Assembly: GCA_951406725.2 (NCBI GenBank)
Contig: OX597828.1
Coordinates: 60,636,001-60,700,000, forward strand
Source: Octopus vulgaris
Lineage: Eukaryota
Direction of reading: 5' to 3'
Length of the DNA: 64,000 nucleotides
Below the pieces are notes generated by a model, which did no database searches, was not told where the DNA came from, and worked only from the letters and a program-made list of their open reading frames with translations. The stretch's first letter is position 1, and each line of letters begins with the position of its first letter. Both the position numbers and the translations under genes were made by a program. Positions 63,946 through 64,000 of this stretch are shown here, piece after piece.

Positions 63946-64000
63946 TGAGGAGAGTTTATAAAAGCTTAAATATATCTAAATATTACAATAAATATATGCA

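Overview
AT-rich, microsatellite-saturated animal (metazoan) DNA with no prokaryotic features. The SINE repertoire (tRNA-headed CORE-type and Meta-type SINEs with internal TA/CA tracts) suggests a coleoid cephalopod such as Octopus; this is an inference. The window is almost entirely decayed or nested mobile elements: R4/Dong-type and Hero-type RLE non-LTR retrotransposons, RTE, CR1-like and Tx1/L1 LINE pieces, four Penelope-like elements (three Naiad-type, one Neptune-type), a Tc1 IR/DR transposon, mariner, hAT/Buster, pogo/Tigger and a short Helitron. No intact host gene is supported; three short minus-strand exon candidates are noted at low confidence. The most interesting signals are these. 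(1) About ten hammerhead-ribozyme (HHR) motifs, many in short head-to-head fold-back repeats within (TA)n tracts with a one-sided extra tail, the same geometry as the inverted pseudo-LTRs of the Penelope-like elements here. (2) A tRNA-headed SINE-like unit with an HHR in its 3' part. (3) A young Naiad element with matching inverted pLTRs and about 3.5 kb of microsatellite mosaic in its apparent 3' UTR, nested with two other insertions inside one SINE. (4) TSD-flanked ORF1-only (HAL1-like) retroelements whose 3' stem-loop tail is shared with a Tx1 LINE and a SINE. All structure and family calls were made by eye and need covariance-model or database confirmation.
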